A stretch of DNA of 64,000 nt. It comes from Sphyrna mokarran (Eukaryota). The stretch is from assembly GCA_024679065.1 (NCBI GenBank), contig JAGIQG010000032.1, positions 13,268,001-13,332,000 on the forward strand, given 5' to 3'. This document shows positions 25,981 to 39,499 of this stretch, piece after piece. The translations under genes and the position numbers were made by a program. The notes under the pieces are model-generated. The model had not been told where the DNA came from, made no database searches, and was given only the letters and a program-made list of their open reading frames with translations. Within the stretch, counting starts at the first letter, position 1, and every line of letters begins with the position of its first letter.

Positions 25981-26439
25981 AATGTTCCTTTGCTGGCTAG
26001 TTATTCATTATTTTGGCATTTTAAGAAGCTCCTTGGGATGTTCTGAAAAAAATTAAATAAATGTAAATTCTTGTCACGTTGTATTAATGTAAAGCAGCTT
26101 CAGTTTTGTGCCAGCAAAAAAAATATATACACGCTTGCTCTATATGGATCAGAAAATAGGACTAACCTTTTTTCTGACCTAGATAGCCTAATACCACATC
26201 ACAAAGTGCATTCCTCCATTGAACAATTGGGATACATCATAACCTTGTGCTTACAATTTTATGATACAAGATTTCTTTAATTTTCTCTGACTATAACTTG
26301 TTGTCCTGCAATCAGTTTTACCACAAACAACAAGATTTATCTGAGTCCAGTTTTTCGTTTTGAATGTCAAGTTGTCTGTTCTGTGCCCAACACTCCTTCA
26401 GTGCATTAATAATATTGCAATGTGGCAGAGATGGTAACA

Positions 26440-26558
26440 CTACTTTGTGCACTCTCTCCTTCCCTATGAATGGTATGCCTTGTCTGTATAGCATGCAAGA
26501 AACAATACTTTTCACTGTATACTAATAAATGTGGCAATAATAGATCAAATTAAAATTT
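26440..26558 (+). mobile_element. LINE 3' end fragment (same family as 11672-11857)
   Basis: gtatgccttgtctgtata...cttttcactgtatactaat...tggcaataatagatcaaat matches the reverse complement of 11672-11790. Confidence 0.7.
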
Positions 26559-28324
26559 AAGTGGTAGATCTGTCCATACCACATGCTGTATGATTTTATT
26601 CCTGATAATCATTGTTTGGTGTTGTATGTTTTTGCAGCCACACGTTAAAGAATGGTAGTTGTGCTATGTCCAATTTGAATTGCACTTGTGCCTAGGAAAG
26701 ATCTTTGCTTAGGTGTGCCGCACATGTGCAAAATTTAAATGTTCAAAGACTATTATGTATTGTGTACGTTGTTTAATCATGTGAATTAATTTCAGCTAAG
26801 GTTTCGAGATGTCTGTGAGAATTTTTAGAATCTGGCTTGAGGCCACACTTGAGTTGCACTCCATGCAGAGTAAGAGCAAAGATTTCTGTAGGGAGTCTTT
26901 CAGTGTTTCTCTTTGCGCTTAGTTGGATCCTCATTTAGGATTTACTGCAGCTGTGACATCTTTGCAACTTCACAATTGCTGTATAGTGGAAACTACTTCA
27001 CAGAGACAGTGGAGTTGTAGCATAAATACACCCTTGGTTTATTTCCAAATTGTAGGTGTTTGGGTTTCATGCCATATAAGGTGCTTCTCCGTGATGACCC
27101 TCAAAACTGAGAGTTAATTCTAAAGCACAAGAAGAGTACTTGTGATATTTATATTAAAAAAAACACTGGAATCCACACAAGTTCTTAAAATCGATATTAG
27201 AAGGGGAGTAAGTCAGCAGGATCTGCAGAGTTTACAGTTATATGTAGGATGTTGCTTCAAGATGAGTTGTTTTCTGTCTGAGGTCTGTAAACTCAATAAG
27301 TTTGCTGTCATAATAGAATCAATGTGACTATGTTTTAAATAGTTCCTGTCATCTCCACTTCAGAGTAATCCATTAAATATGATGAAAGCTAAAAGCTGTA
27401 AAGGAGATTATGAATTCTTCATTGGAGTAAGGAGTAGACCTAATATTTTACAACCAATTGTTCATATGAGGTAACTAAGATTAAAATGTCTGTTCAGTTC
27501 TATATTCCGTATCAAATTTTGAACTGTTGTATGTCACTTTGCTATTCTTACAAGATTGTCCTTTTAGCCCTATAATATAGACCAGAGCAACTGCTTAAAG
27601 CGATTATTCTTCTTAGGCTATAGTATTTCAATGTGAAGGATTAAAACATTATTGATTCATTACTTTTAAAATCACTCTTCTGAAGTTTGACAGTAATATG
27701 CTTAATGATTTGTATTAACTATTGGTCTGCTCAATTTTATAAAACGTTTTACGTAAAGTGAAAAAACTTGCATGATTTAGAGTATTTTATTGTATAAATG
27801 CTTAGTAGTATTTTGACATTTAATATTATGATACATACAAGCACTCTATCATATCAGTCCCATGTTATTAATATTTATGATTTTTATGTCTTTTTTATGA
27901 GTTTTCAAAAACTCCCTGGCTTCCAGTTCTAAGTTAGAGAATGTAAATGTAGCAGTTGTGATTACTAACATAACTTCACATGAGGAATAGTCATTATTTA
28001 ATATTCATCCATTGTAGTATTGTGACTAAATATCACTTAAGGTTCCTGATTGGATGTTTCCAATCTTTCCTTTTGCTGAAACAGCTGCAATTCTTACAGT
28101 AAGCTAAACTCATTTTTTAATTTATTGACTTAGAAAAGTTTTGAGTTTTTACTAAAGAATTTACCTGCTTTTTACCCCAGAAGAGAACCAAGGGAGAAAA
28201 CAGTTATGTCCTCGTTAACTGGGAGATACACAAACTCTCCAAACAATTAATAATAAGGAAATGCTTATAATAAGGAAAGTTTATCTTCTAATTCTTTTAA
28301 TAAAGTTACTTTTTTCCTTGACAG

Positions 28325-28346
28325 GCTTTTACAAATTTTATTCAAG
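28325..28346 (+). other. Candidate 22-nt microexon
   Basis: Strong acceptor ttacttttttccttgacag, then GCTTTTACAAATTTTATTCAAG, then donor gtaatt, in unique AT-rich sequence. Host gene not identified. Confidence 0.35.
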
Positions 28347-29399
28347 GTAATTTTCTTAAACTTCATGGACTTGCACTTTTTTTTTCAATGCAAAGTGCTG
28401 TACATTGTGTTGCTTTAGTTTTGGAATTGAGATCTTTCCATAATGCTGAGTTGTGTGAAAAACCCTTGTAGAGAAATCCCTGCTGAGATATTTGAGCTTG
28501 TTGCCTCTCACTTCTTTGTTAAGACACAAAATAAGTTCCTTTTGCTAACTCAATTTTGGCACACTTGACATCTTGGGTATTGAAAGGTTCTTTTTGGTCC
28601 CCTTCCCCGTATTCATCTTTTTTCCCATATAGTTTCCTGTCTGACTGTAGAACGTTTTTTCAACAAATGTGTGTTTTCAGCCTCTTTGACCTCATCATCT
28701 GCAAATGTCAAAGTGCTAATAAAGCTCTGAAGACATTATAATGACAGGGTTAAATTAAGTCTTCATGTGCTGTCCATTAAGTTGACTTTTTTGTTTTTCA
28801 CATCCAGCAGCTATATGGATGCATCATGTCTTGTTTGTGGGCAACTGAGCAGACAGGCTTTGTCTCTGCTCATCACACCGGTTAATTCTTTCCCTCAAGT
28901 CATTAATCATCACCTCACCTATTTATACCAATGGCAAGTATAACTAACATAGTTAATGCTCCCTTTTGTCTCTTGTTGCTGTCTGCTTTACTGTTGATTA
29001 CAGCCTCCCAAATTCTGTTTGCTCTCAAAACCAGCAGAATAGCTGAACGTTGCCCATTTTCAGAGTGGTGTTAAAGTGCTTGAAAGCCTTGATTTATGCA
29101 GTCATGATGATACTATTTGCACCTGAATGGCAGGTACATCAACATCTCCTTGTAACTGCAGCAGAGAGAGACAGTTATGTCTTTGTTCTCCACCCAACCC
29201 ACTTGGGACTTGGCAGATCATTGATGGATATTATTATTTCTGATGTTGATAAAAATGTGTGGTGCTGAAGTAGGAGCTCTTACATTTTTTCCAGTGTTGG
29301 AATCATTTACTTTAGTTTTGAGATATTTAGAAATTTGAGGAGTGAGATCCTGAAATCCTGGCATAAACAAGCTTAAAATTAACAACATCATTGGTTTCT

Positions 29400-29600
29400 G
29401 AAATGCAATGAAAACAGCGGCTAGTCGGTAATTGAGAAGCATGTGGCGCTGTCAGCAGGTGATGGGAGACAGACACACCTGACTGACAGTGTGACAGAGA
29501 GCAGAGACAGGGCCCATCCAGGCACTCTCTCAGCCAGAGTGATGAGCCCTCTGGAACACAAATTGTGAATCATCAGAGGGCTAGATGAGATGAGGTCAGG
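29400..29600. promoter_or_regulatory. Candidate enhancer or conserved non-coding element with TALE-homeodomain motif cluster
   Basis: ctgtca 29449, tgactgacag 29480-29489, tgacag 29492, E-boxes caggtg and cacctg, taattg; no recognisable repeat here. Motif-level inference only. Confidence 0.3.
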
Positions 29601-30549
29601 GAAGGCTGCCAGACAGTGTATAACATGCTACAAATTTCTTTCAGCACTTAGTATTCCACCATGCAAAGCCCTCACTATTAAGCAACATAGAACAGTTCAT
29701 ATCCTGCAGAGGGGTGATAGATATGTCATATCTATGAAAAATTGTTTTGCTTCTGCAGGTGTATGGATTTTTTTAAAGCAGCCTGCACATATAACACTTT
29801 TCAACGCACTTTCCAATAGTGATTTGGCATCCAACCTCTATCAAAGAAGAAATCTTTCACAAGCAATTATGGCACAGACTAAAGGTGATGAAGTGTTGTG
29901 TACAAAGAAATGAGAGATCAAAGAGCTGTAATGAAAACTGATTACAATAAAAAGAGACTGGGAATTCCAAAGGTCTAGTCAAGTCATTATACTAAATGCT
30001 TTCTATTTTAGAAACTAGTTTTATAAGGGCATGAAATAATAGTTTTAAACATTAGTGAGTAAAAAACAGAATCACTTGCTGACATTGCAGGAAAGTTTGA
30101 GTGATGATTTAAGCCAAACTAATGATGCCTTATAAAATGAAAACTTTCTAATGATGGCCAGGTACTATAGGTTTGCACATACAGTGATGCAGAGAAACAG
30201 TCTAAAAGATGCTTATAAACTCATTGCAAATAGAAATGTAGAGGTGATGTAAAGTTAACGTAATAAATATAATAGTCCAATATTTATAAGATGCCCATAT
30301 ACATTGCCTGGAACTTTTGGTTGTTCATGCTATTGATATCTTCTGGTCCCACTGAACCCCATCATGGTTTCAATTCAACAGGAAATCCCATTAACAGCGG
30401 GACCAGAGGATCCGACTGCCGGCTAAGGGCTGGCTGTCTCCTGTGGCCACAAGACGCATGCTGGTTGAGTGGTAAATCCTGTGTGCTTGCAATGTGCCAA
30501 ATTTTACATTGACTGATTTACCTCAGCCCATATGCTATCATTGCAAGTA

Positions 30550-30870
30550 GTTTTTTTTTACTGAATCATAGTAATTGCTAGCTGGCCAGCCAGCATTTAT
30601 TGTCCATCTGTAGTTGCTGTGGCTTTGGAGTGGCATGTAGGACAGACCAGGTAAGGATGGCAGATTTCCTTCTGTAAAGCACATTAGTGAGCCAGATGGC
30701 TTCTCCGCCAGTGGTTTTATAGGCATCAGTAGATTCATAATTCCAGATTTTTTTTATTGAATTCAAATTCCACCATCCAGCATGGCAGGATTCAAGCCCT
30801 GTACCCAGAACATTAGCTGAGTTTCTGGATTAATAATCTAGCCATAATACCACTGGGTCATCACTTTCCC
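30550..30870 (-). mobile_element. tRNA-derived SINE (non-V family) sharing its 3' tail with the LINE at 785-1515
   Basis: rc head gggaaagtgatgacccagtggtattat...ggcttgaatcctgcca (A/B-box-like); tail gatggacaataaatgctggc. Confidence 0.8.
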
Positions 30871-31624
30871 TATGTTTGTACTTAAAATGAAGCTTTAGTA
30901 GTAATGGCAACTTAGCTAATTGGGCTGAGCATTAGTTTAGTAGTGATATATTTTAACTTTATGACTAGCAGAGAATTTGTTATTAAATATGTGGAGAGAA
31001 TGCTGTCTGTCCATAGTCTAAAGTATATGTAATGGAAAATTTGTTAATGACACCAAACTATGTAGCTAACTGAATTTAATAAAGATTAATAATATTTGAA
31101 GAAATTTGAACCAAATAAGTACATTTGAGTTAAATTGTGAGATAGGTAAATTAATGTTGTGTACATTGAAATAGATAACATGGAAATTGGATTATGAAGT
31201 AGTGGGTACAACCATTCGCTAAAAGTATTCCTTAAATTGGCATAATTATCAACAAGGCCAGTTGTAGTGCAATTTATCACAAAGACATTTGACTAAATCC
31301 AAACAAGAAATTTCTACCCATAGATTGACCAGGAAGATCACATTTGCAATGTTGTGGACAGTGTTGGGTAATTTGTTATCACATGGAAGTAAATACATTA
31401 AATTTATTCCAGGTGAAACTCTTAAAATAACTCTTGATTTAGCATCTTAAAAAAGAGCTGAATACTTATCTGAAGGAACAGATTGAGGTTTAGAAGAAAA
31501 TTAACAGATGGAGACAAATGAATACAGAGTGGAAAACAATGGCTCCTGAAAACTGGGAGAATGGAAATATGGCATCAGGAATGGTAATCTGTTAAGGATA
31601 GTAATGTGCATGGTAAATTTAGAT

Positions 31625-32003
31625 AGATGCTGATTTTTGTTCGACCAGTCTTCTGAAGCAGGAGCAATGAGGGGAGGTAGTTGAGTCTGAGCTCACCGGG
31701 AAGCTGCCTGCTGAGTAGTTTCCCTACTGGGAGATCTGTCACTGCCCCTACACCGTGAGCCCCCTTCCCTCCTCCATGGACACTGTTTATGGGGATTATC
31801 TGCTAAGCATATCATAAATATTTAAATCGGCCTCAGCTTCACAACCTTCCTGGGCCCAAGGCTGATTTCACTGGCAGAATAGGATTGGCAAGATTGGGAG
31901 ATGTGAGAACTCCATCGCGAACCTGACTTTTTGCCCCTCACTCATCGTTCCTGCCATGTTACATTACTTGACTAGCAAAGCAGGATGGGAAAAAAAATCA
32001 ACC
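31625..32003. mobile_element. MITE-like element, decayed
   Basis: Ends gctgattttt and aaaaatcaacc form imperfect TIRs; subterminal gcaggagcaatgag and ctcatcgttcctgc are inverted; GC-rich interior. Confidence 0.45.
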
Positions 32004-35000
32004 TATGAGTCTAAAAGCAATCAATGAATGCAGAAAGATTGTAAAACTAACTCATTTACTTCATCAGATCAATTAGAAATAGTAAATGAGGGATAATTAA
32101 TCTCAAAGTCAGTTTGAGGACGGCCCAGAGCAGGCTATTTCATTGGGGTGAGTGGAGCTTCGGAAGGTTCTCTGATTTCAGTTGATCTGGATAGTGACTG
32201 AGAGAGTTGCCTGCAGTTTAGATCTTGTATAGTTTGCAGGTCACTGAAAGAAGTTAGCTAAAGTAAACAGCAGTTAAAGCTGCACTGTAAGCTGAGTAAA
32301 GTACCCAAGTGATCATTTAATGTCTTAAATACAGGTGAAGTTTAATTTCAGTTTGAATTTCCTGAGGGAATAGAAGCCTGCCGATTGTCCAATTGTTTGA
32401 AATCAGTGGGAGAAGCTACAGTGATTTTTGCAGATCAAATCTTGTGCCAAAGGAAGCAACAAGCAGATTAGCTTGGAAGTATTGGAAAAGTGATCTAAAC
32501 GTGACACTGAGGCAAACAAATAGTCATACAAAAGATAGAAAGTTAAAGTTTCACTTTAAAAAGATTTTTTTACTCCAGTCTTAAACCTACAAAGCTGTTG
32601 CTCATAGTGGACCAGGCAAACCCAAATCCATTCCTTTCTTGCTCCAAAAACCAAATTTAAATCAAATTGAATCTAATTTAGGGTCTCGACAAGAGATATG
32701 AACAAAATCTAAGATGACCAGATTAGGTCATCGCATCTCATTTTAGGCTTGGTCTGACGTTTGATTTATTTAAAAGTCTTCACCTTTGTGAATAGACAGG
32801 CTGAGGAGAATTCTCCAGGAGACTTATGGGTGGTCTCTACAGAAGAATATAACTTTTAAGATTGATGATATAAGAGAATAATTGAGTGATGTAAGAAGTA
32901 AATCTGAGTGCATGAGGTAGGCAGTTATAAACCAGATTGTGAAGTTCATAGTGCTTATTTAATTGACCCTTTTATATGGAATCAAGTTTCTTTTTAAAAA
33001 AACATAAAATCTTGTTATGTAGTTCTGTTGGTTAAAACAAAGTGTTTGGATTGCTCTTTAAATGCTAACATTCCCTAACTGGATCGTGACAATTGTGTGA
33101 CATAATACTGAATCAAACCAACAAGTCAGAAGCATATATTCTGATCTATGCAGAGAGTATAAGGACAATGCTTGAGATAGTATAGTTTCACATTCCTGAA
33201 AGAAGGAAAGGAAAACACAGTCTCCTGTGTCATTATCCATAGATCTCTGCTAGAACATGCATATATAAAAGTTTCAAAAGAGGAAAGAAACAAGTTTGAA
33301 TAGCCTTGCAATTCACTAGGCTTGTAAATATAGTCACTTCAGGAATGTATAGAAGGATCTCAGCCTAGCACAAATAGTGCCTTCAGCTTTTTTTTATTTT
33401 AAATACATAATGAAATCAGCTTTCAATACAATTTTAAAGAAATTCTTCAGTCATTATGAATTGCCTTCAACATACAGGGTATACTGCACAATATGTCTGT
33501 GTCAAAGGCAAGCTTCCATTGTACCATTGTAGACCTGTCCATTTATCAATGAATAACTGGCACTTTAAAAGCTTAGAACAATTTTAGTGAATTTACAATT
33601 GTTTTTTTGTCACTTCACTCCCTTCACTCCTGAATACACTGACTACTCCCACAGATTAATCAAGCAATAGTCACCAAATAATGCTTTACAGTCAATGTCT
33701 CAGACACACCCATCACTATCATTGGGTATGTGCAATTCCAAATACAAGGCAGATCCGCCAAAGGTGGCAGCACAATGATATAGAGTCAGGAGGGAGTTTC
33801 TCTGGATGTTCTTGGTTCTGAATCCTATGAAATCTCACTATGTTCATGTCTCTGATAGGTAGATACAAGTACCTCCACATAGTATCTCTACTGGTAATGA
33901 GGTCTTTTCAATAGTCTATGGAACAGCTCTTTGCAGTACAGTTTTGTAAAACCGTCATTGATAACACCTTGGTCTGGAGTCACATAATGCAAGAACATGC
34001 TGCACACTTGTGTTTGGTCCCTGAGAGAGCCTGGGCAATAGAGTTGAAACACAACCCTACTAAATTCAGATTTAGGGTCAGCCTGTGGGTCTATGTGAGT
34101 CACCTGCTGACTGCTGATTTGTCTGAAGCCAGATCCGGATAAGACAATGGTGAGACAACAAATGTCCACTCATTCAGTGATTTTTCAGCATGGCAAATTA
34201 TCTATCAAAGCACATTCCCATGATTTTAAATCATCACTCAAATGTTCAAACAGATTAACAAGAACTAGCTTGTAAGTGTATTTAGAACTTAGCAGTATTA
34301 TGTAAAATAACAGAAGTTCAATTAACAATAATTGAAAATAATGTATTAATGAAAAAAATGTATTGTAGTAGTCTAAAATTGCCTTTTCTATTATAACATG
34401 TGATGTAACTGGACTTCTCCATCAACTTGTCCACCAGCATATAAAACGATGTTGTCAGTACGTAAATCAGCAAACTCGAGGATCAGCCCCTCCAGTGTTG
34501 CAATACTTCAAAATCCAAACACCTGTACTCTAAGCAGTAGATGCCTAAGCATGGACTCGGAGCAAATGTACATCCAGAATGTCAGACAAGTGATTTTTGC
34601 GTCAATGGCTCTCATTGACACACAAACACACTATGTCCAGATCAGGAGGGAACTCCTTACCCTCCTCATCTTTGCATGTCAGAAACTTCATGAGTCCATC
34701 TAAAGCTTCCCTGCCAATGTTGAAGCTGATCAGCATCCTTATACCTCCCCCCACCCCCCATCTCTGTACTGTATTATTACCAGGCCTGCAGCAGATGATG
34801 CTCAAGTTCCCACGCTACAGCTTCAGTGTGATCTACAAGTGCAGTAAGGAGCTGTATCTCGCTTATGTCCTCTCCATCGCTTTCTTACCCACCACTGAGC
34901 CTGCAGATCATGAGGGGGACGTTGAGATTGTGACCATTCAAGTCTATCATCCCTCAGAATTGAGGAATTCAAAGCTGTCCAGAAGTTGATCATACTTGTA

Positions 35001-35014
35001 GGCAGCTCCATGAT

Positions 35015-35152
35015 GTCTTGACCTGATGAAAGAACAGCCAGTTCCATAAGCCAGTGGTGTTTGCTCCAAGTAAACCTGTTGGACTTTAACCTGGTGTTAT
35101 GAGACTTCTTACTGTGTTTACCCCAGTCCAACACTGGCATCTCCACATCATA
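35015..35152 (+). mobile_element. Penelope-like terminal-repeat fragment with decayed hammerhead core, nested in Gypsy pol
   Basis: cCTGATGAaagaac-agcca-gttcc-ataagc then taaacctgttggactttaacctggtgtt...ccccagtccaacactggcatctccacatca; matches the reverse complement of 5503-5625. Confidence 0.82.
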
Positions 35153-35730
35153 ATACTGTATTGCCAGAGGTTCATCTTCCCCAGCTCTCTGCAGAAGTAC
35201 TACACCCAGCAACTCCTCCAAAGAATCCTGGGGATGGAATCAACACAGTGTAGGGCAAAAGAAATGATGTTCTTGTCCAAAATGTAGAGTGATTTAGAGA
35301 GGAGAAGTTTCCAGATGCATACCATGCAATGCACTCAAGCCTCTTCAAACCAACTGAGCACCTCAGGAGGTCCAAGACCTTTCACGGTCACTCACTGCAG
35401 TAATGTATTTGAGTGGAATGTCAGATAATATCTGGTCCTTGTTGATTCATTCTCAGGGTGGTATGAAGTTGATTTCTTACCCTGACATAGAGAGCTCCAC
35501 AGTAATTAGAAAGCTGAAGAGACACCTTTGCACATTGCATTCCACAAATGCTAATGACAGACAATGTCCGACAATTTGTCTTCAGGGAGTTCAAGGACTT
35601 TGCACACACCATAAACTTTGAAAATAAAACAAGCAGCCCCATATATTATAACTGAATAGTTTGGTGGAGCATGCAGTATGCTCAGCAAAGCATCTCCTTG
35701 AAAATGTCTCCATGGCAACACAGAATTCTT

Positions 35731-35812
35731 GAAGTTTATTTATTAGTGTCACAAGTAGATTATATTAACTCTGCAATGAAGTTTCTGTGAAAATCCTCTA
35801 ATCGCGACACTA
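35731..35812 (-). mobile_element. 3' tail fragment of the alternative-tail V-SINE family
   Basis: aagtttatttattagtgtcacaagtag...gcaatgaagtttctgtgaaaatcctcta matches 52538-52610. Confidence 0.8.
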
Positions 35813-38056
35813 CCTATTCTGTGTAATCTGCCAAGAGGCCCACCCTCACCAACACTGAGAATGTTCTTTGGTTATTTCAGAACCATGATCCCTGTTGACA
35901 ATGCCCTGTTGCAACCCGACGTGGAAGCAAACTTGAGGGAAACCTTCATTAAACAGCAATAAAGAGGAGAAAAGTGCAATGACTATAATACCCACAAGCT
36001 TTGAACACTGAAACCAAGCCAGACAGTTAGAATGCAAACTACACATAGTTGTGACTAACTAGCAGTGGTCTATCTCCATGCCTCTCCAGCCAAATAGTTA
36101 AGCTGTCACCTCAAATCGTTTCATGTATATTAAGAACCAATGTCATCCATTACAAGTACCAAACCAGTTCTCCTAACTGAACAGAGGATGACGCACTTCG
36201 TCCCCTGTATCGGTGGAGATGGAGCCCCACTACCAATGCAGTAAGCCGTACAGTCACTATGCACATTCCAAGCACATCTGATGCCATCCGCCATGTAGAA
36301 AATAACCTGGGTGTATCCCAAGCACAGCCAATTGGTGTAATTACACACTAGGGCATCTGAACAGACCAAACACCATGGCGATGTACTGATTTAGATGTAC
36401 ATATGTACAGCTTTTCTGAAAAAAAGGGAAAGAGGACATGTATGGGCTTTGTGCAAGGTTTTGTGGCCCAAGCTTATGTTTAGTGCAATTTAAATGTTCA
36501 ATGTTTTGTTACTGCATTCAACATTATTCTTTGCATGTGAGTATGGATTGAGCCAACTAAATGGGGAAGATGTAGAATGTGTACACGTGTATGTACTGCC
36601 GCAATTTGTACACAGGATGTGACATGTAAGAGTTTGCACCAGTATGGCTACAGGCATGGCACGCAAAAAATACTGAAAACCTTATAGCAAACTGTTTAAT
36701 TTGTTGATGTTTGTCATCATTTCCTACACAACCCAGTAATTTTACACATCCCATCTCCAAGAGCCATGTTAAACAATGTTTCTTTGAGCTTTATATATTT
36801 TAGAACAAATAAGCAAAAGTGTTCAAAGAATAGAAGGAAATCATAGTTTATTAATGGCATTATGGATTGTACCCTCGGTTGCAGCCAAGCCCAAATGATA
36901 TATTAAAACATTATATCTCTGGAAAGTTCAGGACAATTCTAGACAGTTGGGAATCTACACACCAGCAGATTGGATACCTCCTCTTATGCACATTACTTGA
37001 TTTTTCTACCAATTTCCTCGTATTTCAATGACTTTAAACACTTTGTGATACCATCAGATTGGGAAAGGTGCTGTCTGAATACATATCTGATTCTCCTTCA
37101 ATTAAGTCACTAAAAAGAAAAACTTGTGCTATGTCCTATGAACAGCTGATCCAGTTTGATGAAAGTTAAATCAATCCTTGTTGAGTGAATGCTGATCTTA
37201 AATTTTGGTATTCAGCTGTGGACAGGGAAGAGTTCAAACTGATTGGCACATCAAAACACACAGTGGAACGTGACTCTGAATTCGAGATACGGAAGTTTGT
37301 GTAGAAAAAACTCTCCCAACTTGCTTGCAGTAAAAGCAAAATAAGTATTGCATTTTGCACCATGACAACATGTGACCCCATTCAGCCTTGTCAGTAAACA
37401 TAGGCCATTTAAAAAGTAAAGACCTTTACACATGGACTTGGATGCCTAAAGGGAAGCTTATGTGTTCAAGAAGGATTGTTGAAATTATTATAGAATGTCA
37501 CAAAATATAGTTAATTGCAAATGATTAGAGCTGCCTGAAAGCCGATTCTATTACTTTTCAGAACGTATAATTGCCCAACATAATCCAGTGTGGCACAACC
37601 CTTTCATACTTAAGAAGAGATCAAAAAGAGATTTGTAAGCAAAATTCCATACTGCCTGCTCAGTGCTCCATTGAAACAGAATTCAGGATAGTTGTGATTG
37701 GTTATGCAATAATTACATGTTGTGCAAATGTTAAATCTCAGCCTAATCCTTCATTTGATAAATACTATTGCTTGACCTTTTGTTTTTGAATGTAATGCTA
37801 ATTGATTGCATATTTTGGCTGTGAGCACTTCTGATAACTTCATAAGTAAATGCAATTTGTGGGTTTGGTAGTCAGTCATCCAGGGTAGCTTTTTTTTAGC
37901 TTCAGCCCTAGGCTTGTGTTCTGTTGAATGATCTCAGCCAGTTTTCAGGTATTGTAAGTTTTACTGCTCTTAGGCTTGGGATAGTAAACTCAGCCAGACA
38001 TTCTCTCAAGGAGAGGAAAAGGTGATGATTGTACTGAAATTTCAGCTAAGTAAACC

Positions 38057-38382
38057 TCATAGAATCTCTACGATGCAGAAAGAGGCCATTCATTCTGTTG
38101 AATCTGCACTGATCACAATCCCATCCAGGCCTCATTCCCACAACCCCATGCATTCACCTTAGATAGTCCCCCTGACACTAAGAGACAATTCAGCATGGCC
38201 AATCCACCTAACTTGCATATCTTTGGGACTGTGGGAGGAAACTGGAGCACCTGGAAGGAATCCACACAGACATGGGAAGAACATGCCATCTCCACACAGA
38301 CAGTGATCCAAGCCAGGAATCGACCGTGGGTTGCTGGTGTTGTAGGGCAGTAGGGCTAATCATTGTGCCACCATGCTGCCCC
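38057..38382 (-). mobile_element. Full-length HE1/V-SINE
   Basis: rc: ggggcagcatggtggcacaatgattagc head, B-box-like ggtcgattcc, V-domain, tail ctgcatcgtagagattctatga. Confidence 0.92.
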
Positions 38383-39499
38383 CTCAAGGAGATAATATAG
38401 AGGAAGCTGCTAAATTCTTATATTTCCTTCATTTGAGAAAGAGGAAACATGTTGTGCTTTTGCAGCAAGTATTATGGGAAGATGCTATATTTGAATGTAA
38501 TTTTGCATCAAATAAATAAATTTAACGAATATTCAAACTGGGTGATCAGAAATACACTTAACTCGATCTTTTGAAATAAGTAATGCATGATTTTGGTGAA
38601 AACTAATTGATTAACAAATTCTACTTGAAGTGACATGCTTTTTTAAAACTAATTGATAAGCGACCTTGTCTTCATATTTTGTAATTTGAGACAGTGAATG
38701 TGATTAGTTTGAGGGACATTTTTGCATTCTGTGTTTCCATGAAATTAAAAGGCAGATGTTGTGAATTATTAGTCAGTTTTTTTTAATCTATATATCATTT
38801 TTGGTTTTCAGAGTTGTATATACTGTCTGAATCCACAACTCATTTCTTTTCAAACTGTCTTACCAAGATGAACCACTGTTGGGTCAGTGGGAGTCAGGAA
38901 TGATTGATGCATTCAAGGTGGTTTGTAACCAAAAAAGTCAACTATAATGCTGACTTGGTCTGCAAGACTGCCAATAAACCCCAGTAAGAGACTCTCATCT
39001 TTCTTTGGATGTTGACATATGCAGCGAGTATGAATGAAGATTGTGGTTTGGAGCCTGAATTGTAACAGCTGCAAAGGACAAATTACCCATGTTCAAACAA
39101 GTTTTGTACAAATATTTTGCATTGTATTTGGTGATGGTAGGAGTGGAGAGAATAGTTTCAACTATTTCTTCAACACTGATTCGAGCTGCACAGCATTTGT
39201 GTATTTTGGCAAATGTGTCATGTTGGCTTGTGACAGAAATGAAGACAGCACTACAATGGAAAGTGTTGTAGCTTATAGCTATTTGTTTCCACAATAAGTA
39301 TAGCACAGTGCTCTTAACCCAGGAATCTATGTCTCACCATCATAGAATGGTGTCTCTTTGCCAGGGTGCTGAAGTTATTCAGTGTAAAGTCATAGGGGGA
39401 TGTTGTTGGCTGCTATGAGTTCAGATCTTGTGTTGCCCACTCTGTCTCTTTGAGTAGCTCGCCCTCAGTGAGGTGAAGAAGGTTATGGGAAAAAAGAAA

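Larger units (their letters stand above)
33660..36728 (+). mobile_element. Ty3/Gypsy pol remnant (RT - RNase H - integrase) with PPT and short 3' LTR
   Basis: RT MEQLFA...VIDNTLVW..EH...YVSHLLTAD.LKPDPDK; RNase H FASMALIDTQTHYVQIRRELL..IFACQKLH, LQQMMLKF.RYSFSVIYK.SKELYLA.VLS; integrase LGMEST..RAKEMMF...C..C, YLVLVDSFSGWYEV, LMTDN..QF; PPT aaatggggaaga then LTR tgtag...ctaca (36571-36728). Confidence 0.9.

Noticed and set aside
29538-29600. Possible C/D snoRNA or hammerhead (gtgatga; ctgatga on the minus strand)
   Set aside because: No correctly spaced D box with a terminal stem (C-to-D span only ~47 nt on the minus strand) and no GAAA core.
35172-35375. Minus-strand YASGNFS resembling a Harbinger transposase motif
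   Set aside because: The plus strand is much better explained as the Gypsy integrase zinc-binding region.
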